Below, piece after piece: positions 26,535 through 36,381 of a stretch of 64,000 nt of DNA; position 1 is the first letter of the stretch, and each line of letters starts with the position of its first letter. A program made the position numbers and the translations under genes. The stretch is from an uncultured delta proteobacterium (GTDB lineage: Bacteria; Myxococcota_A; Polyangia; Palsa-1104), in NCBI GenBank assembly GCA_963785725.1, contig CAWAWS010000016.1, positions 96,001 through 160,000 on the forward strand, in the 5' to 3' direction. Under the pieces are notes generated by a model. That model made no database searches and was not told where the DNA came from. It was given only the letters and a program-made list of their open reading frames with translations.

Positions 26535-27422
26535 ATGAGCGGACGATGGGCCCTCGGCGTGGCGCTGTTGGCGCTGTTGGCCGGTGTCGCGTCCTATTGG
26601 CTGTTCCTCGTCCATCCCGAGCGCGTCGTCGAGCATCCGCCGGTGGCCGCGCCCGAGACGCTGGTCCTGTCGGCGATGTCCGGCGGCGTCGAGATCGCCG
26701 GGCCCGACGGCGTCTGGCGCGCGGCGCAGCTCGGTGAACGCTTGAGCCCGCGCCAGCGCATCCGCACCGACGAGGACGGCGAAGCCGAGCTGCGCGCCAC
26801 CGACGGATCGACGGTGCGCCTGTCCAACGCCACCGACGCCCGCGTCGACGAGCTGCGCCGCGAGCTCAAACGCTTGAGCTTGGCCGCCGGTCAATTGACC
26901 GCCGACGTGCGCGACGATCCGACGCGCGTCTTCGAAGTCGCCGTCGACGGGCAAGGCGGCGTCGCCCGCACCCGCGGCGCGCGCTTCACCGCCAACGTCG
27001 ACAAGAGCGGCGCCGCCGTCGCCACCCATCGCGGCGAGGTCATCCTCTCGGCGCGCGGCAAGGAGGTCGTCATCCGCTCGGGCCAGTTCGCGCGCCTGGC
27101 GCCGGGCGGTGTCCCCGAGCCGCCCGAGCCGCTGCCGCAGTCACTGTTCCTGAAAGTTTCGTGGCCCAAACCGCTCGGTAACAAGAAGCGCGTGGCCGTT
27201 TCGGGGCTCACCGCCCCCAACGCACGAGTCAAGGTCGCCGGACATTTCGTAAGTGTCAATGCAGACGGTACTTATCGGGACGAGCTGGAGCTGGAGGACG
27301 GGAGCCACGAAATCGAGGTCCACGCTAGCGATTTGGCCGGTCACGTGGTCGACGAGAAATCGCCGCGTATCGTGATCGACACCAAAACCGATTTCAAGGT
27401 CCACCCCCCACAATGGAAGTAG
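26535..27422 (+). CDS. FecR-domain membrane protein with C-terminal Ig-like domain
   Basis: N-terminal TM; FecR-like RIRTDEDGEAEL..DGSTVRL and ARTRGARF; C-terminal beta-rich VSGLTAPNARVKV...GSHEIEVHASDLAGH. Confidence 0.75.
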   Translation: MSGRWALGVALLALLAGVASYWLFLVHPERVVEHPPVAAPETLVLSAMSGGVEIAGPDGVWRAAQLGERLSPRQRIRTDEDGEAELRATDGSTVRLSNATDARVDELRRELKRLSLAAGQLTADVRDDPTRVFEVAVDGQGGVARTRGARFTANVDKSGAAVATHRGEVILSARGKEVVIRSGQFARLAPGGVPEPPEPLPQSLFLKVSWPKPLGNKKRVAVSGLTAPNARVKVAGHFVSVNADGTYRDELELEDGSHEIEVHASDLAGHVVDEKSPRIVIDTKTDFKVHPPQWK

Positions 27423-27500
27423 AGTGTTTTAGTGAGTGCACCTTTATATCGATTCGTAAGCTGATTCATACAATTGCAAACGTAAAACTTGGTGCATAAG

Positions 27501-28928
27501 ATGACCTTCATGTCGAACCGCGTGCTGACTTGCGCCTTCAGCTTGGGCCTGGTCGCCTCGATGAGCGTAAACGCGCTCGCTCAGGTCTCCTCGGGAACGA
27601 CGCAGCAAATCGGAGCGGTGAGCGGCGCAACGCAAACGACACCGGCTGTCAGCGGCACGAACCTCGTGTGGACCAACGTCAGCGGCAGCAACTTCGACGT
27701 CTACTATCAGGACATCAGCACCGGCGCGGCGCCGATCAACCTCACCAACACCGCCAGCGACAACGAGCTCTTGCCCGTCGTCTCCGGCACCAACGTCGCG
27801 TGGACGCACTTGAGCGCGTCGTCGTCGGGCGACATCGTCGCTTGCGTCGCCACCAACTGCAAGCCGACGACGATCGAGTCGGCCTCCAGCGTCGTTCACT
27901 TCGCGCATCCTGCCATCAGCGGCAACTACGTCGTCTTCGAGCGCATCACGGGCCAGTACGACATCGACATCTTCGATTTGAGCATCGGGGCCGCGCCCGG
28001 CCCGCAGATCACGCGCGATGCGGCGGCGCAGATGCACCCGCGCGTCTCCGGCGACATCGTCGTTTACGAGGACTACAACGCCAACCCGAACGTGCCGGCC
28101 ACGTACGGCTACCACGTGTCGACGAGCGGCCCGGCCTTCCTCATCGCGCCGCCGCCGGCGGCGACGCCCGACATCGACGGCACCAACGTCGTCTACGTCG
28201 GCGCCGACGCGGCCGGCAACAATCAGATCATGCTCTACAACATCACCACCGGCGTCACCACCCAGCTGACGACGGCGGCGAGCACGAAGATCGCGCCGCG
28301 CATCAGCGGCACCCGCGTCGTCTGGGCCGACAACCGCAACGGCGTCGACAACGACGTCTACGTCTACGACTTGTCGACGAGCACCGAGACGATGTTGGCC
28401 GGCGGGCCCGACGACCAGAGCATGCCCGACGTCGACGGCGGCCGCATCATCTACAGCGCGTCCGACGGCAACGGCAACCCGTTCGTCTACCTGTACACCT
28501 ACCCGGGCACGACCACGACCTCGAGCTCGCCGACGCCGCCCGTCACCGCCCTGCCCTTCGGCTGTGACCCGACGCTGACCGATCTCGTCGACGGACCGAT
28601 GGTGCTCACCGAGACGACTTCGGCGACGATCAGCGGCTCGCGCTCGTTCAAGTCGGTCTCCGGCAAGAGCTACTACATGTGCGTCACCAACGGAAACGCC
28701 GACGGCACCGGGCGTTCGTCGCACATCATGGGGACGGTCGACGGCACCATCGTGTTGACGCCGACGGCCTTGGGCGCGGCCTCGAGCCCGGTCGCGTACG
28801 CCGCGGTCACGGTCTTGGCGACGAGCGCGACCCCGGCCACGACGAGCACCGGCACCCACACGTGGGCGGTCGCGCTCTACGCGCAGGCAAATACGACCGC
28901 CAGCATCAGTATCCGCGTCGCCAAGTAA
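27501..28928 (+). CDS. Secreted beta-propeller repeat protein (Methanosarcina surface-protein-type repeats) with C-terminal beta domain
   Basis: Signal peptide; about seven repeats of P-x-[IV]-[SD]-G-x-x-[VI]-V-[WYF] (e.g. PRISGTRVVWADNRNGVDNDVYVYDLST); Thr/Ser/Pro linker. Confidence 0.75.
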   Translation: MTFMSNRVLTCAFSLGLVASMSVNALAQVSSGTTQQIGAVSGATQTTPAVSGTNLVWTNVSGSNFDVYYQDISTGAAPINLTNTASDNELLPVVSGTNVAWTHLSASSSGDIVACVATNCKPTTIESASSVVHFAHPAISGNYVVFERITGQYDIDIFDLSIGAAPGPQITRDAAAQMHPRVSGDIVVYEDYNANPNVPATYGYHVSTSGPAFLIAPPPAATPDIDGTNVVYVGADAAGNNQIMLYNITTGVTTQLTTAASTKIAPRISGTRVVWADNRNGVDNDVYVYDLSTSTETMLAGGPDDQSMPDVDGGRIIYSASDGNGNPFVYLYTYPGTTTTSSSPTPPVTALPFGCDPTLTDLVDGPMVLTETTSATISGSRSFKSVSGKSYYMCVTNGNADGTGRSSHIMGTVDGTIVLTPTALGAASSPVAYAAVTVLATSATPATTSTGTHTWAVALYAQANTTASISIRVAK

Positions 28929-28941
28929 CCCCGCTTCCGAT

Positions 28942-31008
28942 ATGCTGCGCCCTCGACGGCGCATGCGCCTCTTGCGATCGATCGTGCTGATGTGCGTGGT
29001 CGTCGTTGCCCAAGTGGCGCAGGCGGCGCCGCTGGACGTTGTCCTGTTTCCGGCCGCGCCGCTCGCCGCCGACGGTGAAAAGACGCACGAGCTGCGGCTT
29101 TACGTCGTGGCCGGCGATGCGCTGGCGCCGGGTGTGCCGACGGTTCGCGCGGCGCGCGGCGCGATCATGGGCGCGCCGGCCGCCAGTCGTGACGGTGGCG
29201 TCGTCGTGCGCTATCGGCCGCCCCGAGCCGCGGCGCCGGCGCGCGACACGCTGATCGTCGTGCTCGACGGGCGCGAGGCGCGGCTGCCGATTGCGCTCGA
29301 GCCGACGGGCCGGCTCAAGCTGACGCTGGAAGCACCGGAGGCGCCGATCATCCTCGCGCGCGATCCGAAGTCGAAGGTCAAGACGACGCTGACGCTGCAC
29401 GTGCGCGACGCGGCGGGGCGGCCGGCGGCGGCGCCGTTGCGGGTGAGCGCGTCGGTCGGCAGCGTCGGCCCGGCGCGCGAGACGGCGCTCGGCGAATACA
29501 GCATCGACTACACGCCACCCGAGGCGCGCTATCCGGAAGTGGCGATCGTGGCCGCGTCTTCGGTGTCCGATGGCGCGTTCGTGGCCGCGCCGTTGAAGCT
29601 GGCGGCGCACGTCACCGTCGACGGCGAAGGCGAGCCGGGCGCGAGCATGAAGATCGCCGTCGACGGGCAGCCGCCGGCGGCGACGACGATCGGCGCCGAC
29701 GGACGCTTCAGCCTGCCGCTCATCGTGCCGCCGGGCGGCCACGCGGTCGGCGTCTCCGTAGACGCGCTCGGCAATCAGCAAAAGCGCGACATCGATCTGG
29801 CGCTGCCGCCGTTTCCGCGCCTGCTCATCGCCGCGGTGCCGGCCGAGCTGCCCGCCGACGGCAGCGCGCACGCCGAAGTCGTCGCCTACGCCGTCGACGC
29901 GCGCGGCAATCCCGAGCGTTCGGCGCCGCCCGAGCTGACCGCGGACGTCGGAGCGCTGTCGCCGCCGGAAGCGCGCGGCGACGGCTCGACGGCGTGGATC
30001 TACACGGCGCCGGCGACGCTCGGCAGCGGCGCCGCCCAGCTGCGCGCGCCCGGCGCCGACGCGCGCGTCCTCTTGCGCGCCGGTCGACCGAAGTCGCTCG
30101 TCGTGACGGTGCCGAAGGAGCCGCTGTCGGCCGGGCTCGATCGCCCCGTCACCATCGAAGCGCGGCTCAGCGACGCCGCCGGCGCGCCGGTCAGCGGCGC
30201 CGAGCTGCACGCGACGCTGGCCGGCGGTCGCGTCGTCGGCGTGCACGATCGCGGCGCCGGCCGCTATGCCATCGAGCTGCTCACGCCGCGCGACGCCGGT
30301 CGCGGCGAGGCGCAGCTGCACGTCGAGGTCGCCAACGTGCCGCCCGGCCCGCCGCGACGGGTGACGCTGCATTGGCTGCCGCCGGTCGACGAGCGCTGGA
30401 GCGCCGAGGCCTGGCTCGACGACGACGTCGGGCTGCCGGTGCCGAACGCCGCGATCGCGATGGCCGCGCCCTCCGAGCACTTGCAGTCCGACGAGCGGAC
30501 CGATCGCTTCGGCACGGCGCGGCTCCGCTTTGCGCCGGCGACGACGCGGACCGCGCGCGTGACCGCCGAGCCGGCGGGCTTGCCCGGCGTCGGCGCGGCG
30601 CTCGATCTGCTCGTCGTCGGCGGCGTCGTGCACGCCGTGGCGAGCGTGGCCGGCGGCGGCGTGGTCGACGGTGAAGCCGCGAGCTCGCCGCCGAGCTTTC
30701 CGTCGCTCGACGTCGCCCTGCCCTTACGGCCGGCGGCGTTTGCCGACGTTCGACTGAGCTTCGAGCCGCAGAAGCCGCGCGTGGGCCAACCGGTGCGCGT
30801 GCACGTCGACCTGCGCGTCGGGGATCCGTCGCAGCTCTTGTATCAAGCGTCGTCGGGCAGCATCGAGGTCGTGCGTCCACCGGGCGCCGGGCCGGGCGAG
30901 CTGCGCTTCATTCCGCCCGACGACACGCGGCCGGGCGCGCGCTACATCATCTCGGTCACCGACGCCAAGACGCACGTCACCGCCTTTACGGAGATTCAGG
31001 TTCAATGA
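28942..31008 (+). CDS. Secreted multi-Ig (invasin/Big-1-like) domain protein
   Basis: Signal peptide (alternative start ATG 28963); repeated LAADG/LPADG..VDARGNP/DAAGAPV motifs typical of bacterial Ig-like domains. Confidence 0.65.
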   Translation: MLRPRRRMRLLRSIVLMCVVVVAQVAQAAPLDVVLFPAAPLAADGEKTHELRLYVVAGDALAPGVPTVRAARGAIMGAPAASRDGGVVVRYRPPRAAAPARDTLIVVLDGREARLPIALEPTGRLKLTLEAPEAPIILARDPKSKVKTTLTLHVRDAAGRPAAAPLRVSASVGSVGPARETALGEYSIDYTPPEARYPEVAIVAASSVSDGAFVAAPLKLAAHVTVDGEGEPGASMKIAVDGQPPAATTIGADGRFSLPLIVPPGGHAVGVSVDALGNQQKRDIDLALPPFPRLLIAAVPAELPADGSAHAEVVAYAVDARGNPERSAPPELTADVGALSPPEARGDGSTAWIYTAPATLGSGAAQLRAPGADARVLLRAGRPKSLVVTVPKEPLSAGLDRPVTIEARLSDAAGAPVSGAELHATLAGGRVVGVHDRGAGRYAIELLTPRDAGRGEAQLHVEVANVPPGPPRRVTLHWLPPVDERWSAEAWLDDDVGLPVPNAAIAMAAPSEHLQSDERTDRFGTARLRFAPATTRTARVTAEPAGLPGVGAALDLLVVGGVVHAVASVAGGGVVDGEAASSPPSFPSLDVALPLRPAAFADVRLSFEPQKPRVGQPVRVHVDLRVGDPSQLLYQASSGSIEVVRPPGAGPGELRFIPPDDTRPGARYIISVTDAKTHVTAFTEIQVQ

Positions 31009-34000
31009 GCGGCGCCGCCAAGCTCGCGCTCGCGCTGGCGCTGCTCGTCTTCGGCTGGGGCGGCGTCGCCCACGCGCAGGTCTCGATCGAGCTGACGAAG
31101 ACGGGCGTGTCGGGCAGCTACGCGGGCGGGATCATCTCTTACGAGCTCGCGCTGACGCAGATCAACGCCACGTCGATCGTCATTCACGATCCGACGCCGC
31201 CGGGAACGACGCTGCTCGGCATGCAAGCGGGAACGGCCAAGCTCGACTGCACGAAGACGCCGACGGGCATGCTGTCGACCGAGTATCCGAGCGTCAGCTG
31301 CAACGTCGGCGGCGAGGCGCAAATCCAAGTTGCCGCCTTCGCCAACGGACCGGCCAAGCTGATCTTGAGCTATCGCGCGCCGCCCATTGCCGGCGACGTC
31401 ACGAACACGGCCAACGTGACCTGCGCGACCGGCTGCACCGGCAGCAAGGCGACCTCGAGCGCGACCGTCGCCGTCGTCGCGTCGGCGGTCACGGTGCACA
31501 AGACGGGACAGGCGACGGCGGCGCCGGGCAGCATCGCCAGCTGGACGGTCATGGTCACCAATCCCGGGCCTTACGTGCTCGCGTCCGGGTTCTCCGCCGA
31601 CGACACGATTCCCAACGGCGCCACCTTCAGCAGCGTCGACGTCGGCGGCTCGAGCTTCACCGCCGCCAACCTGGTGACCGCGCAGACGGCCAGCGACGGC
31701 GCGACCGTGACGTTCGTCAATCGCAAGCTGTCGATCTCGGTGCCGACGCTGGCCTCGGGCGCGACCTACACGTTCGTGCTGCACGCGACGGTCGTCGGCA
31801 ACGTCGAGGGCGCGGTCATCACCAACACGGCCGTGGCGCGACCGACGGGCGGCGGCGGCGGCGACGTGACCTCGGCACCGGTGACGACGAGCGTGACGAA
31901 TCAGGCGCCGCCGCTGACGATCGTCAAGCGCGTCACGCCGACGCAGGCGCGGCTCGGTGACTCGGTGACCTATGCGGTGACGGTGACGCCGTCGTCGGCG
32001 CAGGCGGGGCCGATCACGCTCGTCGATCCGATCGATCCGGCGCTCAAGCTGACGTCGGTCAAGCTCAACGGGCAAGTCGTGACGAGCTGCGGGTCGGCCC
32101 CGATGCCGCTCGGCGTCTTCACGGTCGGCTGCGGCGCGGATGGGCGCACGGTGACGCTGTCGGTGCCGGCGGGGCAGACGCTGACGACGCGCGAGACGCT
32201 GGAGCTGGTGGCGACGGTGCGGCCGACGGCGACGCCGCAAGTCCTCAACGTCGCGACGCTGACCGACGCGGCCAACAACGCGCAGACGGCGTCGGCGACG
32301 CTGGCGGTGACGAACGCGTCGACGAGCGGCGCGTCGGTGACGGTGACGGCGGCGAAGCTGCAAGCGGAGAAGGACGACCTCGTGCCCTTCGTCGTGCAGC
32401 TCGGGGTGCCGCTGGGCGCGCCGACGCTGACGGCGCCGGTGCTCGACGTCAAGCTGTCGGCCGGCCTCCGGCTGACCGACGTGCACGTGACCGGCGCCGA
32501 CGGCGTGAGCCGCGCGGTCAAGCCGACGACCTCGGGCGCGCTCGTCATGGTGCCCGTCGGCGCGCTGGCGGCCGGCGCGACGGCGAGCGTCACCGTGCGC
32601 ACGCGCGTCAGCGGGCAGGCCAACACCAACGGCAACAAAGAGACCTTGACGGCGACGCTCGAAGAGAACGGGCAGAGCTTGGCCTCGGCGTCGGGCGGCG
32701 TGCGCATCCTCGCCGACGGCGACTTCGACTTGGGCACGCTGCTCGGCGAGGTCTATCGCGACGACAACGGCAACGGCCAGCGCGACCGCGGCGAGCCCGG
32801 CATCGGCGCCGCCACCATCGTCATGGACGACGGCCTGCAAGCGGTCACCGACAACGACGGCCGCTATCACTTGGCCGGCATTTTACCGGGCGATCGCGCC
32901 ATCAAAGTCGCCGAGTACACGCTGCCGCCGGGCTCCAAGCTGACCACGGACGTGACGCGCATCGTGCCGGTGACGGCGGGCTCGCTGACGAAGGTGGACT
33001 TCGGCGTGCGCGTGCCCGAGCCCGAGCCGCCGGCGCCGCGGCCGCAGCTGTCGATGGTGCTGCCCGAGCTCAAGCCCGCCGACGCCGGGCGGCTCGGCTA
33101 TCGGCTGACCGGCGTGACCTTGCCGGGCGCGCGCGTTCACGTCGGGACGCGCGCCGGCCACGTCGACAAATTGGGCGTCTGGGGCGCCGACGTCGAGCTC
33201 AGCCACGGCCGCAACCGCTTCGCCATCGTCACCGAATTGCCCGACGGCCGCGTCATCATCGCCGCGCGCGAGGTCTTCTGGGTCGAGCGCGCCGAAGGCG
33301 GCAGCCTCATCGTGCCGCGCGACGAAGAGCCGCGCATGACGCTGCGCTTCCCCGCCGGCGCCTTGGCCGAGCCCAGCTTCCTGCTCGAAGGCACCGTCAC
33401 GTCGCAGCTGCGCGCGCTCACCGTCGCCGGCCAAGCGCTCGCGCCCGACGACAAAGGCCACTTCGCGATCAAATTACGCGTGCCCGAATCGGGCGCCGGC
33501 ATCGCCATCGACGCGCAGTTCTCCGACGGCCTCGGCTGCCGCTTCGAGCACGGTCTGGCCGCCAACGGCGACTTCGTCCTGCTCGTCGGCCTCGCCGAAG
33601 GCAAGCTCGGCTACGTGCAGAAGACCGCGGCCGGCGGCAACTCGTCCGGCTTCTTCGCGCAAGGCCGCGTCAAGCTCTACGCCAAAGGCCGCATCCTCGG
33701 CCGCTGGCTGCTCGAAGGCGCCGTCAACATCGACTCGACGCAGATCGACTCCTGGCGCGATATCTTCCGCGGCAACCCGCAGACGCTGTTCCGCAACCTC
33801 GATCCCGATCGCTTCTACACCGTCTACGGCGACGCGTCGCAGACGAATCAGTCGGCGCAGACCAACGCGCGGCTCTTCGTACGCATCCAGATCGATCGCT
33901 CGGAGCTGCTCTTCGGCAACCTGCAGACCGGCTTGACCGGCGTCGAGATGGGGCGCTATCAGCGCTCGGCGACGGGCGGACGGCTCGAGCTCGTGCGCGC

Positions 34001-36368
34001 GGCGACCGAGCCCAACGCGCCGCCCAACACGCAGGTCATCCTCTTCGGCGCCTGGCTGCAGACGTCGCGGGCGCACGACGAGCTGCGCGGCACCGGCGGC
34101 TCGCTCTATTACCTGTCGCATCGCAACATCGTCGAAGGCTCGGAGGAGGTGCGCATCGAGCTGCGCGATCAGATCTCGGCGCGCCCCGAGTCGAACACGG
34201 CGCAGCACGCCACCGTCGACTACGAGGTCGACTACCTCGCCGGCCGCGTCATCATGCGCGATCCGCTGTCGTCGATCGCGCCGTCGCCGACGCTGGTCCG
34301 CTCGAGCAACATCGACGGCGACGCCGCCTATCTCGTCGTCGACTACGAATACTTGGTCGACGGCGACGCCGACGACGGCACGCTCGGCGCCCGCGCGACG
34401 CAGCGGCTCGGCCCGGTGCGCCTGGGCGGCACCGTGGTCAACGAGTTCCGCTCCGGCGGCGACTACACGCTGCTCGGCGGCGACGTGCAGGTCGACCTCA
34501 AGAAATACGGCGTCATCATCGCCGAATACGCGCACTCGTACGGCGCGCTGACGTCGTTCTCCAGCTCCAACGACGGCGGCCTCACCTACGCCGACTCGCT
34601 CGGCCCATCGCAGGCGACGGCCACTCAGCGGCAAGGCAACGCTTACAAAGTCGAGGCCGATCTGCACCTCGGCGCCGTCACCTTGCGCCCCTACTTCCGC
34701 GGCATCGACCAGGGTTACAGCGACACGGCGCACGCGCAGGAGTCGAGCTTCATGCAGTGGGGCATCGAGGCCGCGGCCAAGGCCTGGGGCTTCAACCTGC
34801 GCTTCCACTACGACGAGCGGCACTACCAGCAGGCGCTCGTCTACGACGCCAACGGCAACCCGCTGACGACGGTCATGGACACGCACCGCGACATCGGCGG
34901 CGAGATCGGGCGCAGCTTCGGTCGCGTCGACGTCAAGCTGGGCGCGCGCAACGAGGTCGAAGAGGATCCCGATCCGGCGCGCGCCGGCCATCGCACGACC
35001 ATCGCCGCGCGCGTCGAAGTGCACATCGTGCCCAAGCTGTCGGTGTACGTCCTCGGGCAATACGCGGTGCAAAAAGGCGGCGGCGATCCGACGACGAGCA
35101 TCGTGGCGCAGGACAACTCGCTCGGCGCCGTCGGCGCCACCGTGCAGCTGCCGTTTGCCACGAAGGGCACGGGCGAGGTGTCGTACGGCGCGCAAGGCGT
35201 GGGCGGCCTCTTGTCGCTGCGCACCGATGTCGGTCCCGGCCGCGTCTTGTACGGCACGACGACGCTGTCGCAAGATCGCGACGATCGCGTCTCGGCCTCG
35301 GTCGCCGCCGGCGGTCGCGAGCGCATCGCCGACGCCAAAGGCAACGCGCGCGCGACGTTGTACGCCGAGGATCAATTCCGCGAGGGGCCGCTCGTCGGCG
35401 CCGGCGGCGTCGACGGCGGACGCTCGCACATGCAGACGGCAGGCCTCGACATTCCGTTCGGCAAGCGCTTCGTCATCGGCGCCACGTTCGAGCGCGGCGA
35501 GGTGACGCCGAGCGGCAGCCCGCTGGCGCCGGCGCCGGCCGTGCCGTTCGCCGGCAGCTTGACGCTGGCCGTGCCGCAGCCGCTGCAGCGCACCGCCGGC
35601 AGCATCTACGGCAGCTATGGCGGCGACACCTTCCGCGCGCAGATGAAGGCCGAGCTGCGCCAGGACTCGGTGACGCAAGAGGCCTCGCTGCTCGACGGAA
35701 CGCCGCAGAAGACGGTGAGCGAATGGCAGTGGCTCGTGCAAGGCATGTTGACCTGGCAGGCGACGCACGACCTGACCTTCCGCGGCAAGCTGCTCTTGTC
35801 GCAGTCGCTGGGCACGACGACGACCACGCCGCTGGCGCGCTCGAGCGAGGCGAACCTGGGCTTCTCGTGGCGCCCGTCGTGGACCGATCGGCTCGTGCTC
35901 CTCGGCCGCTACGCCTACTTGGACGAAGGGTTGCCGGCGACGCAAGCGACGAACGGCCCTGTCGATCCGCTGACCGGCGCCGCGCTCGGCTTCCGCGAGC
36001 GCGCGCACGTCGTCTCGCTCGCCGGCGACGGCCGCTTCGTGTGGAAGCTGTCGCTCGGCGAAAAAGTGGCGGCCAAGTTGCGCGAAGAGACCCAAGGCGA
36101 CGGCCTACAGAGCGGCTGGATGGTCTTGTGGATCAACCGCCTGACCATGCACGTCACGCGCGCCTGGGACGCGCTCGCCGAATATCGCCTGCTCTACGGC
36201 CCGGGACCGGCGTTGAGCCACGGCGTCGCCGTCGAGATCAACCGCATCATCGTCGGCCACCTGCGCATCGGCATCGGCTGGAACTTCTCGAGCGTCGGTG
36301 ATGACGAGCTCACCGTCGGGAGATCGAGCGAAAAAGGCTTCTTCGTGCGCGCGCAGGGCTTCTATTGA
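31005..36368 (+). CDS. Large exported protein: four DUF11-like Ig repeats, SdrD-B-like domain, very large C-terminal outer-membrane beta-barrel region
   Basis: Signal peptide; repeats ELTKT..GIISYEL, TVHKT..PGSIASWTVMVTN, TIVKRV..GDSVTYAVTV, TVTAAK..DLVPFVVQL; GEVYRDDNGNGQRDRGEPGI..TDNDGRY; amphipathic beta-strands ending KGFFVRAQGFY (terminal aromatic). ATGA overlap with upstream gene. Confidence 0.8.
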   Translation: MSGAAKLALALALLVFGWGGVAHAQVSIELTKTGVSGSYAGGIISYELALTQINATSIVIHDPTPPGTTLLGMQAGTAKLDCTKTPTGMLSTEYPSVSCNVGGEAQIQVAAFANGPAKLILSYRAPPIAGDVTNTANVTCATGCTGSKATSSATVAVVASAVTVHKTGQATAAPGSIASWTVMVTNPGPYVLASGFSADDTIPNGATFSSVDVGGSSFTAANLVTAQTASDGATVTFVNRKLSISVPTLASGATYTFVLHATVVGNVEGAVITNTAVARPTGGGGGDVTSAPVTTSVTNQAPPLTIVKRVTPTQARLGDSVTYAVTVTPSSAQAGPITLVDPIDPALKLTSVKLNGQVVTSCGSAPMPLGVFTVGCGADGRTVTLSVPAGQTLTTRETLELVATVRPTATPQVLNVATLTDAANNAQTASATLAVTNASTSGASVTVTAAKLQAEKDDLVPFVVQLGVPLGAPTLTAPVLDVKLSAGLRLTDVHVTGADGVSRAVKPTTSGALVMVPVGALAAGATASVTVRTRVSGQANTNGNKETLTATLEENGQSLASASGGVRILADGDFDLGTLLGEVYRDDNGNGQRDRGEPGIGAATIVMDDGLQAVTDNDGRYHLAGILPGDRAIKVAEYTLPPGSKLTTDVTRIVPVTAGSLTKVDFGVRVPEPEPPAPRPQLSMVLPELKPADAGRLGYRLTGVTLPGARVHVGTRAGHVDKLGVWGADVELSHGRNRFAIVTELPDGRVIIAAREVFWVERAEGGSLIVPRDEEPRMTLRFPAGALAEPSFLLEGTVTSQLRALTVAGQALAPDDKGHFAIKLRVPESGAGIAIDAQFSDGLGCRFEHGLAANGDFVLLVGLAEGKLGYVQKTAAGGNSSGFFAQGRVKLYAKGRILGRWLLEGAVNIDSTQIDSWRDIFRGNPQTLFRNLDPDRFYTVYGDASQTNQSAQTNARLFVRIQIDRSELLFGNLQTGLTGVEMGRYQRSATGGRLELVRAATEPNAPPNTQVILFGAWLQTSRAHDELRGTGGSLYYLSHRNIVEGSEEVRIELRDQISARPESNTAQHATVDYEVDYLAGRVIMRDPLSSIAPSPTLVRSSNIDGDAAYLVVDYEYLVDGDADDGTLGARATQRLGPVRLGGTVVNEFRSGGDYTLLGGDVQVDLKKYGVIIAEYAHSYGALTSFSSSNDGGLTYADSLGPSQATATQRQGNAYKVEADLHLGAVTLRPYFRGIDQGYSDTAHAQESSFMQWGIEAAAKAWGFNLRFHYDERHYQQALVYDANGNPLTTVMDTHRDIGGEIGRSFGRVDVKLGARNEVEEDPDPARAGHRTTIAARVEVHIVPKLSVYVLGQYAVQKGGGDPTTSIVAQDNSLGAVGATVQLPFATKGTGEVSYGAQGVGGLLSLRTDVGPGRVLYGTTTLSQDRDDRVSASVAAGGRERIADAKGNARATLYAEDQFREGPLVGAGGVDGGRSHMQTAGLDIPFGKRFVIGATFERGEVTPSGSPLAPAPAVPFAGSLTLAVPQPLQRTAGSIYGSYGGDTFRAQMKAELRQDSVTQEASLLDGTPQKTVSEWQWLVQGMLTWQATHDLTFRGKLLLSQSLGTTTTTPLARSSEANLGFSWRPSWTDRLVLLGRYAYLDEGLPATQATNGPVDPLTGAALGFRERAHVVSLAGDGRFVWKLSLGEKVAAKLREETQGDGLQSGWMVLWINRLTMHVTRAWDALAEYRLLYGPGPALSHGVAVEINRIIVGHLRIGIGWNFSSVGDDELTVGRSSEKGFFVRAQGFY

Positions 36369-36381
36369 TATGTTCCGCACC

